A stretch of DNA of 64,000 nucleotides, taken from positions 106,392,001-106,456,000 of the forward strand of contig OZ024743.1 in NCBI GenBank assembly GCA_964016885.1, in the 5' to 3' direction. The notes beneath the pieces are model-generated. The model worked only from the letters and a program-made list of their open reading frames with translations. It was not told where the DNA came from and ran no database searches. Numbering within the stretch: position 1 is the stretch's first letter; each line of letters starts with the position of its first letter. The position numbers and the translations under genes are program-made. Source of the DNA: Eledone cirrhosa (taxonomy: Eukaryota). Below, one piece after another: positions 43,073-55,400 of the stretch.

Positions 43073-44349
43073 AAAAAATGGTTGGGGTAGAGGGGTTGTC
43101 TGCTGATGTTAAGTGGTCTCCTGTGCTTGTTATATTCCTTGTTGTTGTAAAATGTGGTTCGGGTTGGTGGTTGTAGATTGAATGGGGTGTTCCTGTACTG
43201 CGAGTATGGGTGTGTGTTTCTATGTGCCATGTTGTATTGTGGTGTTATAAGTGGCCTACGTTGTTGGTTGTATCGTGTGGTGTGGGTTTGTTGTGTATTG
43301 TGGAAGTGAGAGTTGAGAAAATGGTAATTACCTTGCTGTCCCCTTGAGGCGGGGAAGTTGTTGCATCTATCATGGCGGTGGTATCTTTTCCCTATGTTTG
43401 ACGATGAGGAATCCGCGTAGTAGTTGAGTGATTTGGTATGGTGTCTCCTTGAAGGGGGAAAGTTGTAAATGTCATTCTGGGGGAGATGATTTCTTGGGTT
43501 TTTGTTCCTTCTTATGGTAGCGAGGTTGGGAAGTTCATCTTCGGTGTGGTGCTTCCTTCTTCGTTTGTTTGAGGCTTGGGGGTTTGAGAAGTTGTTGTGC
43601 GGTTCAGTTATGGGTTTTCCTATTTTTATGAACGGGTTATTGGAGGTGTAATCCGTTTGAAAAGTCGATTCATAGTGTAGGAACCAAGCGGCACTTTTTT
43701 CCCAGCGTTGAAGGGATTTCAGTTCTTCTCTGTTGCAGTCCCCTTTCCATAATTTGGAGATCTTCTCTACCTTGGGGCCTTCAGTTTTGTTGTTGATTTC
43801 CAGGAGGATCTCTTCATCGATGGTTTTGATTTTTTCCTCATTTGTCTGGGCCTTCAGTTTTAGAAGTTCAATTTCTGTCTTCATTATTTCCAATGCCATT
43901 CTTTCCCTAAGGTGTCTTTGAGGTTCGGGTTCATTTGGAATGGACTTTATTTGTAGTTTACGGGGGAGAGTGAGAGGGGTTGAGTTAAGCCATTTTTCAT
44001 ATATCTCTGCTTTGTTGTGATTTTGTATCATCTTCCAGAATGAGCACTTTCTGTCTCTGAGGGATTTGTTCCATTTTGGAATTGTTCGAATTTTCATTTT
44101 GTGTGAATCAATCTCACATGGTTCTTCGTTGGTTTTTCCTGGGTTGGTAGTAGTGAACATAGTTTGGATAGTATCGCAAAGGTTTTGGAGTTTGTCGCCG
44201 ATTTCGGAGGGTTTGTATCCGGTGGCGGTTTCCTTATTTGTGGAGTCAAGTTTGTCGACCAGCAAAGATAGGTTGGTGTTGATTTTCTTGAGTTCCTGTA
44301 GGATCTCTTCATTTGAGTTGATGAGGGTTGTATCCGTTTTTGTTGGCAT
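43039..44349 (-). CDS. PLE ORF1 (436 aa from first ATG): predicted coiled-coil N-half and basic R/N/H/Q/P/Y low-complexity C-half
   Basis: Long uninterrupted ORF inside the element directly upstream of RT. Heptad-like segments EEILQELKKINTNL and EIMKTEIELLKLKAQTNEEKIK. Confidence 0.85.
   Translation of the reverse strand: MPTKTDTTLINSNEEILQELKKINTNLSLLVDKLDSTNKETATGYKPSEIGDKLQNLCDTIQTMFTTTNPGKTNEEPCEIDSHKMKIRTIPKWNKSLRDRKCSFWKMIQNHNKAEIYEKWLNSTPLTLPRKLQIKSIPNEPEPQRHLRERMALEIMKTEIELLKLKAQTNEEKIKTIDEEILLEINNKTEGPKVEKISKLWKGDCNREELKSLQRWEKSAAWFLHYESTFQTDYTSNNPFIKIGKPITEPHNNFSNPQASNKRRRKHHTEDELPNLATIRRNKNPRNHLPQNDIYNFPPSRRHHTKSLNYYADSSSSNIGKRYHRHDRCNNFPASRGQQGNYHFLNSHFHNTQQTHTTRYNQQRRPLITPQYNMAHRNTHPYSQYRNTPFNLQPPTRTTFYNNKEYNKHRRPLNISRQPLYPNHFLDTAHRYRQTK
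43072..43078 (-). promoter_or_regulatory. Candidate -1 ribosomal frameshift slippery site U_UUU_UUA
   Basis: Minus strand reads caT TTT TTA gac in the ORF1 frame. The -1 frame is open from 43108 to the ORF2 stop. Confidence 0.6.
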
Positions 44350-44406
44350 TTTCTGTATCTCGTGTGAGGATATGATAGTTAAAAGAATAGAGGTGTAACA
44401 CACAAG

Positions 44407-44896
44407 TTATTATATATTGGTAAACGGAATAGAAAATGCTGACAAATTGTTCACAGTTGAAAAATGGTTTAATTAGGAATAAAAGAGTATTAGTGATTGT
44501 ATGGGTTAGTATTCAGTTGTGGTTTTAAGTTTTTAAGTTTTTACCGGTTGCGCATTTCTAAATGCTTTTCAAAAATAATTTTGAGATAGAGTGTCCGTGC
44601 TGTTTGCTCTGATCTGATTAGTTTGGGGAATTCTACCTGTTTTTATGTTAAAAAAATGGCTCCAGCGTTATTTTTGTGTTGTAAAAATGCTTGTGGTCAA
44701 AACAATTTTGATTGGTCGGTAGAGGTCATGTGAATGTAAAAAGTTGATTTTGCGCCAAGACTGTTTTTATGTTAAAATGTTAGAAAAGTGGCTCCAGCAA
44801 AAATTATGGTCAAAACAATTTTGATTGGTCGGTAGAGGTCATGTGGATAAAAAATTGGTTTTGCGCCAAGATTGAGAAATGACTCTTTCACAACAA

Positions 44897-44928
<32 letters not shown>

Positions 44929-44997
44929 TAGTAGTAGTAAGGTGTTCGATGCTGCGACAATAGCCACAAGCGATGTGTGTCAAATGGCTATTAAGAT

Positions 44998-45031
<34 letters not shown>

Positions 45032-45326
45032 ACATACACACAGCAGAGTCATTCGAAGGTCAAAAGATATTTTTCAGCTTTTGTCTTATACGGAGAAGTG
45101 CGTGTGTGTGTGTGTGTGTATAAGTCTCTTTGTATGTTGATGTACGCGTGTGTATGTGTTTGTGTATATATGTGTGTGTGTGTGTGTGTGTGTGCGTGTG
45201 TGGGTGGACCAGTATTTTTTTCCCCCCTGGTAAAATGGTGTACATTATTCGATTTTTTCAGTAAAATCAGTTCTCTTAATAGAACATCAACAATCTTAAC
45301 AATAAAAGGTGTGAAATGATATTCAC

Positions 45327-45371
<45 letters not shown>

Positions 45372-45908
45372 TTGCACTACATATATATATATATATATAT
45401 ATACATATATACATACATATATATGCACATATATTTTTTTGTATTGCACCATAGAGCATCTGTGTTTACGTGTGTCATTGTGTTTATATGTGGGTAGAGA
45501 TGTGTGCTGATGTAGGTATGTATGTTGACGTGTGTATGTTGTGGGTTCGTCTTAGGGAGAAGTGTTTAGACGGGGTCCGTATTTGTTAATGAAGTAAGAT
45601 TCCTTGCTGATGCGCTGGGTGTGGGTGGCATTATCTTTAAATTTGTAGAGGGGAAAGATTCTGAAGTTGGGATGATTTTGGGCGGCGCAGGTATCAATGT
45701 GTTCACTCAGTGGTATTTTCCTGTATTCCCGTATTTTAATTTGGGATCTATGGACAGTCATGCGTTGGCGGAGGCTGCTTTTGGTCTGGCCTATGTATTG
45801 TTCTCGACAACCTGAACAAGTTAATACATATATTAAATTTTCCGATGCACATGTGAAATTGTGTTTTGCTATAAAACGTTGTCCATCTTTGAAATAGAAT
45901 TCCGAACC
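44407..45908 (-). repeat. Upstream pseudo-LTR (5'-truncated tandem copy including the GIY-YIG 3' end at 45552-45908)
   Basis: Near-identical to 39601-41108 apart from microsatellite length and a few substitutions. Confidence 0.93.
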
Positions 45909-46789
<881 letters not shown>

Positions 46790-47759
46790 CGTGTGTGTGT
46801 GTTTGTTTGGTTAAGTTATTTTGAATACGTTAAACAAATATCTGTGTCTGTCATTGAATAAATCGCCTCGTGATGCATCATAATCTCTTGATAAATCTGG
46901 GCCATAGAAGTATGTATAATGCTTTCGCGGAATTAAAATTCTAAAGTAAATTTACCTGTGTGTTCCTGCACCAGCCATTGGATACTACATCTAGGATGTT
47001 GGGTACGAAACCTGTGTACTTTAATTAATTTGTTGCATCATCTTTAACCAAACAGAAACACTAGTTCTACCCATTAGTAAATAGCCTAACATAAATGAAA
47101 TATAAATATATATATATATTTATAATTTGGTACTCCACCTCCCCCTTCTAGAGGTAAGTGAAATCGTGTATCGAAACAAATGTGATTATACTTGGGGAGG
47201 GTCATATTGTTGTAATAATATTGCCAGAGGTAATAACAGAACATACTCACTATTTGGTTGGTTTCCGCTTCTGTATCTTTCATATCTGCACAGTTAATTC
47301 ATTTGGTCCTCAATGTTTATCATTGACTGACCAACGGTCAAAATACATATATAATATAGATATAAACACATATATATAGTCTAACAAAGTTCTTTCGTTG
47401 CACATCTGCAAAACATCAGTGGTACTATTATGTTCCTCCTGTTGTATTGTATGTCTACGCCATTTTTATTTTATCTGTTTATTTATTTATTTCTGTCTTC
47501 TTCTCTGCGCATGCGCTTGCGTGTGTGTTCGCGTTTGGGTGACTGTGTTTTGGTTATTGTATTTTATGTTAGTTTACTAGTGTGTGTTTATATGTGTTTG
47601 TTGTTATTGTGCCTGTGTATATATTTACTTATTTATTTATTTATATTTCTCTTAAGTCAGTATTGTTTGTTTGGGTGTTTTTATTCCATTCATTTTTCTG
47701 TTTAGCTTTGGCCTTCTAAGCTCTATTAAGCTTGCCTATCTGATTTGCCTATCTGCTGG

Positions 47760-49480
47760 GTCATTTCTATCTTTAGATATTATTTTAATTTCGATGTTGT
47801 CTATGTTACCGTCATGTTGTTGTCTGGCGTGTTTAGTTCCCCCCAGTGTTGGTCTATCCTTTCTCCTCTACTTAAAGCTGTCTCACCTATGTAAGTTGTT
47901 GTCATGTTTCTTCAAGTACCCTCTGTACATCTTATGCTATAGACTATGTTTCTAGTTTTACATTTTATCTGGGGGTTTACTTTACATATAACACATTTCC
48001 TATTAGTACAGTGGATTTTCTTAAAAGGGTATGTTTTGCTGATCAGGGATTTTATGGTACTTCCTGGCTTTTCTACCCCTTAAATCTTCAAGTGGTTCTT
48101 TCTCAGGGCCTTTCTACACTGGTTAGCTAATTTCCCTCCAGGGGTAGCGTCCACAAATATGACACTCTGGTATCTCTGGTTGTCGTACCATGAGGTGGCT
48201 TTCCCTATCTTATGTTTAGTCCTATCTAAACTATTCCATAATTTGTTCCTGTATAATGGGCAAATTCCTTTCATGTCCGGTTCTATGAGCGTCTTATACT
48301 TCTCCGTGGCAGTGTTGTATACTCTGATTCCGTCTCTTAGGTTGTAGCCAGAGAAATGCATGCGTTTGTTGAAGTGTTGGATGTCTCCTTCCATTTCTGT
48401 TGGGTCGCCCACGCGGGACACGTTCTTCATCACTCGTACCAAGTGTGCGATCAGAATATTAAAGTTAGCACTATTGAGTTTTTGAGTATCAAGTATTTGG
48501 AGGCCATGGGATTAACGTAGTGTGCGTGGAGAATTGGGACCTATGGTGGGGGATCTAACTCTTATGGGTCTACTGGGGAAGAAACGGCTAATGTCTAGGC
48601 TGTCTAGGTACTCGCTGTCATAGTTAAGTCTAAGTAGGAGGCCCAGTTCACCTGTGTCAACGACGAAGAATTCAACTGACTCTCACTGATCATCTCCACA
48701 CATTTTCCACAGCAAAATCAATGTTAATGGATGGGTATAGTGATAGCACGTCCATACTGCCTAATATGCAGTTAGATAGGTTTCTGTTTTTGTTGCACTC
48801 ATTGATTCTGCTGAGGAGGTCTCTGTACTGTCACATACATCTGGGGACATCTTGATTATGGGGCGTATAACCATTGTGAGGAAGTAGGCGATTCTGTAGT
48901 TGCAATCGATATTGGTTTCGCATACAGTTCTTGTTCGTGGTCCTGTTGTCGGGTCGTCGACTGTCTTATGGTATTTGCGGAGCGCATACAAGTTGGTATG
49001 TCATGGCTAGGTGCCTGGAAGTTGTTGGCAGTGCGTCTGCTTGGCTTTAGGATGTCGGTCCACATCATCATGTTTTGTTGTGTAATTTCGCTCGTGTTGG
49101 TGATGTGGGGTTGCATAGCCCTGATGTAGTTCGGCATGCTGTCTATTGACATCCTACCAGACTTATCCGTGTGGGTAGACATACTACCTCACCATCCCCT
49201 GTGCGCTGCTTGAGGCTAACTAAGCCTTCTACAGATTTCCTTCCAAGTTGTTGGACCATTGGTCTGATTTATTTCTTATTATATCGGTCTAATATTTGTC
49301 TAATCTTATTTCTAGATATGGTGAACTGTGCCTCTATCTCGTCATCTATTTGTTGTGGTATACAAATCCTTTTATTAAAGGGTAACCTCGTAGGATAAAT
49401 TTTACTCATCTTATATGTTTTGTCATCTGGATTGAAGAATAGTTTCTCTAAGGGGTTGTAATTACATCTATCGTCATAGA
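47760..49480 (-). pseudogene. PLE RT-GIY-YIG pseudogene with the RT catalytic core deleted
   Basis: Homologous to 53358-55400. It jumps from ..IPPP directly to the thumb region at ~48540. Confidence 0.85.
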
Positions 49481-49864
49481 TCTGTGTGTTGCTATTATTG
49501 TTATTATCGTTGATGTTGTTCCTACCAATAATATTATGTATTGTTGTTGTTTTCTCTATTGTTATTGTTGTTGTTACTGTTACTTCTACCATTGTGGTTG
49601 TTACTTTTTATTATTATGTTTCTTGTTTTTGTTGTTGTTGTTGTGGTTGTTTTTGTGTCTATCATTAATGTTGCTACTAGTATTATTTCCATTATTATTA
49701 CTGTGGTGGTTGTTGTTGTTCCTCGTATTACTTCCATTATTACTACTGTGGTTGTTGTCGTTGTGTCTATCATTTATGTTGTTTCTCGTATTATTTCCAT
49801 TATTACCACTGTACTGGTTGTTGGTGTGTCTGTCATTAATGTTTCCATTATTCTTATTATTATT

Positions 49865-52307
49865 GGCGACCTACGTATTTAATCGTATTATCGTGAGCTC
49901 CGCAAAGGTTTGTTATTTTCAGTTGTTTAAAATTGCCATTGATGGAAAATTGTTATTGTTAACTGTATATAAGTGCACATACATTGTTATCTGTAAAGGA
50001 CAGTCAAAAAGATTGGGGCCTTGTGCCCACAACTTAAACTTTTATAATTATTAAAAAAAAAAAAAAATTTTCTTTGAAAAAATCATGCTCGACTCACAGC
50101 TGCACCAAGTAGCCGAAAGCCTTCCTCACAAACTAACACCTCACACCAACACCACCATTGCAAATATTACTACGTTTGCCAACACTAAAAATATAAGCAG
50201 TAGCAATATTTTAAATTTGTCTCATGCAGACATGCATTTCCCGCCATTACCGATGACTGCAGGTGTTGAAGCCGCCACCCTCACCACCACCACTACACCA
50301 GCAACAGAAACAAAAGAAAAAAATAAATTATCTCGTGATATCGAAATGAATTCTTCCACACCGAACACCACTGACGCCACCACCACCACAACTGAAACTA
50401 AAATTAACAATAACAAAAATAACGATAACAACAACAGCAACAATGAAATTAAGAAAACTACCCTGTCTTTTGCGAGAGTAGCAAAAACGTGCGAAGCGAT
50501 CCAAGTAACTCAGGGGGAATTAGAAGAAGCCAAAAGAATGGTAAAGTAAGATGGGTAGGGTCAAACCTAATAAAATGGAGCATCGTCGCCTATGCACCGT
50601 GTCTTATCGGACTATTAACATAAAATCGCGCCGAGTGGAACGGGCATCCGAGTCCCAAATCCAAAAAGCTTTGGGACATGTGCGGGCAAAAAAACCCAAC
50701 ATCAGACGTGGGCAGAAATATGGAACCGTGGACGTGTTCTTTGAAACACCACAGGAGGCCAGAGAACACTCCATGGCCCCATTAAGAAGTGACGACTTCA
50801 CACTCGTCCCAAGCTATTGTGGCCAGAGACTCGTGAAGATCAGGGTGACCCATGTTCCACCGGCCATCGAAATTCCTGGCTAATGGCTGCTGTCCTCGCC
50901 GGCATCGAGGCCAACACCAAGATAATCTAAATAGCGAAAGAAAAGCAGGAGAACTGGTTTGGATCTGGGATGGAGCTCCTGATCCGAGCGGACCATAAAA
51001 GCATTGAGGAGACCCCAGAGGTAATAGACCTCACTGACGGCAACCACCTCACCGAAATTGTCGAGGGCAGAAGGACTAGGTGTGTCATTCGTGGTGAAGG
51101 AACCCACCTAAGGGATTTCTGCCCTCAGGCTAAAAGGTTGAGGCCACCTCTCTTACCCACCCCAATGACTCAACCATCAACACCACCAGCAGCAGAGATG
51201 GCAGCAACAACTGTAGCAGCAACGACAGAAGCAACTGTAACAGCAACACCGCAGCAACAGTAGCAAAACCAACACCACCACCACCCAACGCGCCAGAACT
51301 AGCACCATTGCCTACACCATCCACCACGCCACAACCAAAACCAACGCCTGTGGAGGATTTTCCACTCCCCGGCTTATCACAACTGGAGACAGATTGTGAC
51401 GACGGGGAGTGGGAAACGGTATCAGGAAAAAAGAAAAAAAGAAACTAAAAAAGAAAAAAATTCTCTTCCATCCCCCTCCAGAAACAAAATAGAAAGGGAA
51501 ACAAATAAACTATCAAACAAAAAAGTTAGGACAGATATGCCACCATCCATACCAGCATCACCAACCCCATCAATGCTACCGAGGAGCTGTGCCAGTTCGG
51601 GATAAACTCTACAGGCATGGAGGTACCGTCAACCGGGCATGTCCGAGGTGCGCGCACGGCGATGAAACCGTCCTGCACGCACTCGTCCAGTGTCCGAGCA
51701 TTGCTGACTTGTGGGTTTATGTCGAACACCTGCTGTGGCGTGTAGGACGGATCCAGCTATCAGCTGAGTCCATCGTGAGGATTGCCCCGCCCTCATACTT
51801 TAGCCGGGAAGGGCAGGCAGTTTTTATCTGTCTGGTAGCCACCATGGCGAAAGGGATAGTATGATGGACACGTTTGAAAAAGCTGAAGACGAGCACTTAC
51901 CTCTTCGGTGATGCCCTGATTAACTTTTTCAAATTTCATTGAAGAGGAAAATCAGGGTAGAGATGGAAGTGCTCTCTTCCCAGCATTTTGTTGAAAGATG
52001 GGTGAGAGAGGCAAGAATGGCTCGAGTGAATGGGCCTATTCTGAGTATTTGTCTGTAAATTAAAGGTGGGAAACTGGGAGAGGGCACTTGCCCTGGTGGT
52101 CAGGGTCACTGTGGCTTTTTAATGGGCTTTCTCCACGAATGTCCTTCGGAAGTCTCCCCCACATTGGGGAATATTTTCATTGTTCTATTATTACATCCCC
52201 TGTTCCTTTTTTTTACACGTAGAAATACCCTTTTGTACCGTCCTGCATTGTCCTGTACTGTCCTTAATGTCTACTTTGTGTAAACCCTTGTTGTTAATAA
52301 AGAAAGC
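49865..52307 (+). mobile_element. Internally deleted L1/Tx1-clade non-LTR retrotransposon inserted in (ATT)n within the PLE
   Basis: Broken ORF1 (50085-~51500) with RRM-like segment (GTVDVFF..A..) and degenerate CX2CX4HX4C knuckle (CVIRGEGTHLRDFC). ORF2 C-terminal LPVRDKL..CPRC..ETVLHALVQC. 3' end aataaagaaagc(att)n. ATT repeats on both sides. Confidence 0.8.
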
Positions 52308-53357
52308 ATTATTATTATTGTTGTTGTTGTTGTTCTGTCTATCATTAATATTATTACCATTATTATTATTACTATTCTCACTCTCCTGCTATTGTTATTG
52401 TTATGACTATTACTATTATAGCTGTTATTTCTATACTCAGAGTTATTGTTTATATTAATTCTATCGTTATTGTTGTTGTTGTCCGTATAGTTGTTGTTTA
52501 TTTTCGCATTCCAACGTATTTTTGTGAAACACTTTTCCAGCTCCGTTTTACACTCGATTTGATTTATCTTTTCGTAGATAGCAAATTTCGGTGGGAGCTG
52601 TAAAACCTGTTTTTCTTGTACATTGATTAAAGTGTTCCAATTAATATTTATAGTATGGTCTTTGGTAATGCTAAGTCTGTTATACGGATATTGTGGATGT
52701 TATCTGGGTATTTTTGTAAATTTTCTATTTTCCTTTCTTCATGTTTTTTCTTCTTCATCTATCTTAATTTCTTATTGAAATATCAATTGCATTCATTTTG
52801 AGCATATTTTGTTTCATGTCGAATGATGCTCATGAGTTTATTTATCCCGTTTGGTGTGGTGAGATTTTGAATTTACTTAACGTTAACGCGTTTCTGTTTG
52901 TAAAGTTCGTTCATTTTCGTATGTTATTCTTTTCATATTGACTGTTAATGTGTTTTAGTCGTTCAGCTTGTGTTTTGTTTAATAATAAATTATTTACTTG
53001 TTTTTATATATTTGTCGTGTATATTTTGAAGGAAACACAGTGTTTTAAGAAGCGAATTTGTTCTGTAGTTATTGTAGTTTTTATATAACAGAAAACAGTA
53101 TCTTTCAATAACTTTTCAGCTTGGCACAAGCTAATGCCTAAACGGCGATAAATTTGTTTTGCGAGGTTTTTGATATGAAATCGGGTGTCGAAACAAATAT
53201 TGTTATACTTCGGGAGGGTTATATTGTTGTAATAATATTGCCAGAAATAATAACAGAACACACTCACTGTTGTATTGGTTTTCGCTTCTGTATCTTTTAT
53301 ATATCCACAGTTAATTCATTTTTTTCTCAATGTTTATCATTGACTGACCAACGCCTC

Positions 53358-55400
53358 GAGGTTGTTGGCAGACGCACTGCCATCAACTTCCAGGCGTCTA
53401 ACAATGACATACCACACTATGGGCTCCGCAAAGACCATAAGACAGTCGAAGACCCGACAACAGGACCACCAACAAGACCTGTATGCGGAATCAATATCGC
53501 TAGCAACTATAGGATCTCCTACTTCCTCTCAATGGTTATACGCCCCATAATAAAGATGTCCCCAGATGTATGTGACAGTAGAGAGGACCTCATCAGCAGA
53601 ACCAATGAGTGCAACAAAAACAAAAACCTATCTAACTGCTTAATAGGCAGTATGGACGTGCTATCACTATACCCATCCGTTAACATTGATTTTGCTGTGG
53701 AAAAATGTGTGGATATGATCAATGAGAGTGAGATGGAGTTCTGCGCCGTCGACACAAATGAACTGGGCCTCCTATGTAGACTTACCTATGACACCGAATA
53801 CATAGACAGCCATAACCTCAGCCGTTTCTGCCCCAGTAGACCCATAAGAGGTAGAATCCCCCCACCATAACCTCATTTGAAAAAAGGACTCCCATGGGAA
53901 GGTGGATTGGGTAGGCCTAAGCCATACAGGCCCCCAAATCAATGATCAGGTAAGAAAAATTGTCGTGCATGCAATAGGAGCTAGTATTAAAACTACCCTA
54001 AAGGGCCACATATTCAAATTCGACGAAAGAATCTACACCCAAAATGAGAGAGAAGCCATTGGCGTCAGCATAGATGGTGACGTTGCCAACCTTTTTATGG
54101 TATGGTGGGAAAGGAGACTCTAGAACCTCCTAGATAAGTGCTCCGTAGACCTCATCATGTACTCTCGTTACGTAGACGATATTAATACAGTAATAAATAG
54201 GCGGTGGATTGGCAGTATCGGTAGAAGGTCGGACGCCATGCTTTCCAGCATAGTAACGTCCCTTTACGATCTGAGTTCAAATCCCGCCGAGGTTGACTTT
54301 GCCTTTCATCCTTACGGGGTCGATAAAATAAAGTACCAGTAATGCACTGGGTAATTGCTGGCCTTGTGCCTAAAGTAGAAACAATTAATACAGTAATAAA
54401 GACAACCCCACAAAAGAGTACTAAAAATGATTTAGAATGTAGGACAATAGAAAGCATCCAGCAGATAACTAATTCCGTACACCAGAGTATAACTGTAACT
54501 ATCGACTACCCTTCTAAACACCCTAACAGTAGACTACCTGTATTAGACACGGAACTCTGGATTAATACTGTAAATGAGAGGTCCCAAATTCTCCACGCAC
54601 ACTACGCTAAACCCATGGCCTCCAAATACCTGATACTCAAAAACTCAATAATATACAGTAGTACTAAGTTTAATATTCTGATCGCAGATTTGATACGAGT
54701 GATGAAGAACGTGCCCCGCAAGTGCGACCCAACAGAAATGGAAAGACACATCTACCAATTCATCAACCGCATGCAGTTCTCTGACTATAACCAAAGAGAC
54801 AGAATCAGAGTATACAAAGGAGCCAAGGAGAAGTATAAGACTCTCATACAACTGGACATGGAAGGAATTTGCCCATTATACAGGAGCAACTCATGGAATA
54901 GCTTAGATAGTGCTAAACATAAGATAGGGAAAGCCACCTCTTGTTACGACAACCAGAGATACCAAAGTGTCATGTTCGTGGACGCTACCCCTGGACGGAA
55001 ATTAGCTAACCAGTGTAGAAAAGCCCCGAGAAAGACCCACTTAAATATTAAAGTATTAGAAATGACAGGAAGTACCATAAAATCCCTGATCAGCAAAACA
55101 TACCCTTTTAAGAAAACCCACTGTACTAATAGGAAATGTGTTATATGTAAAGTAAACCCCCAGATAAACTGTACAGAAACATGAGAACAACATACATAGG
55201 CGAGACAGCTCGAAGCATAGGAGAAAGGATAGACCAACACTGAGAGGAATTAAAAGGACGAAAAAAAGGTTCAGAACTATACGAACACACCAGACAACAA
55301 CATGACGGTAACATAGACAACATAGAAATTAAAATAATATCTAAACATAGAAATGACCCAGCAGATAGGCACATTGGAGAGGCGAGCGAAATAGAGCTTA
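53358..55400 (+). pseudogene. PLE RT-GIY-YIG pseudogene interrupted by a SINE
   Basis: ORF pieces 53154-53870, 53902-54123, 54157-54197 and 54384-55184 carry consecutive RT motifs. Confidence 0.88.
54198..54383 (+). mobile_element. tRNA-type SINE with 17 bp target-site duplication (TSD)
   Basis: B-box-like gagttcaaatccc. Body gactttgcctttcatccttacggggtcgataaa. TSD attaatacagtaataaa at 54181-54197 and 54384-54400. Confidence 0.92.

Noticed and set aside
49480-49864. Spaced short repeats resembling a CRISPR array
   Set aside because: Degenerate trinucleotide-based coding repeats in a eukaryotic retroelement, with no unique spacers or cas genes.
49864-49880. TGGCGAC resembling an LTR-retrotransposon primer-binding site
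   Set aside because: There are no LTRs. The downstream proteins and 3' tail fit an L1/Tx1-type non-LTR element.
54198-54290. tRNA-like A/B boxes
   Set aside because: These are SINE heads without a complete cloverleaf, so they are not called as tRNA genes.
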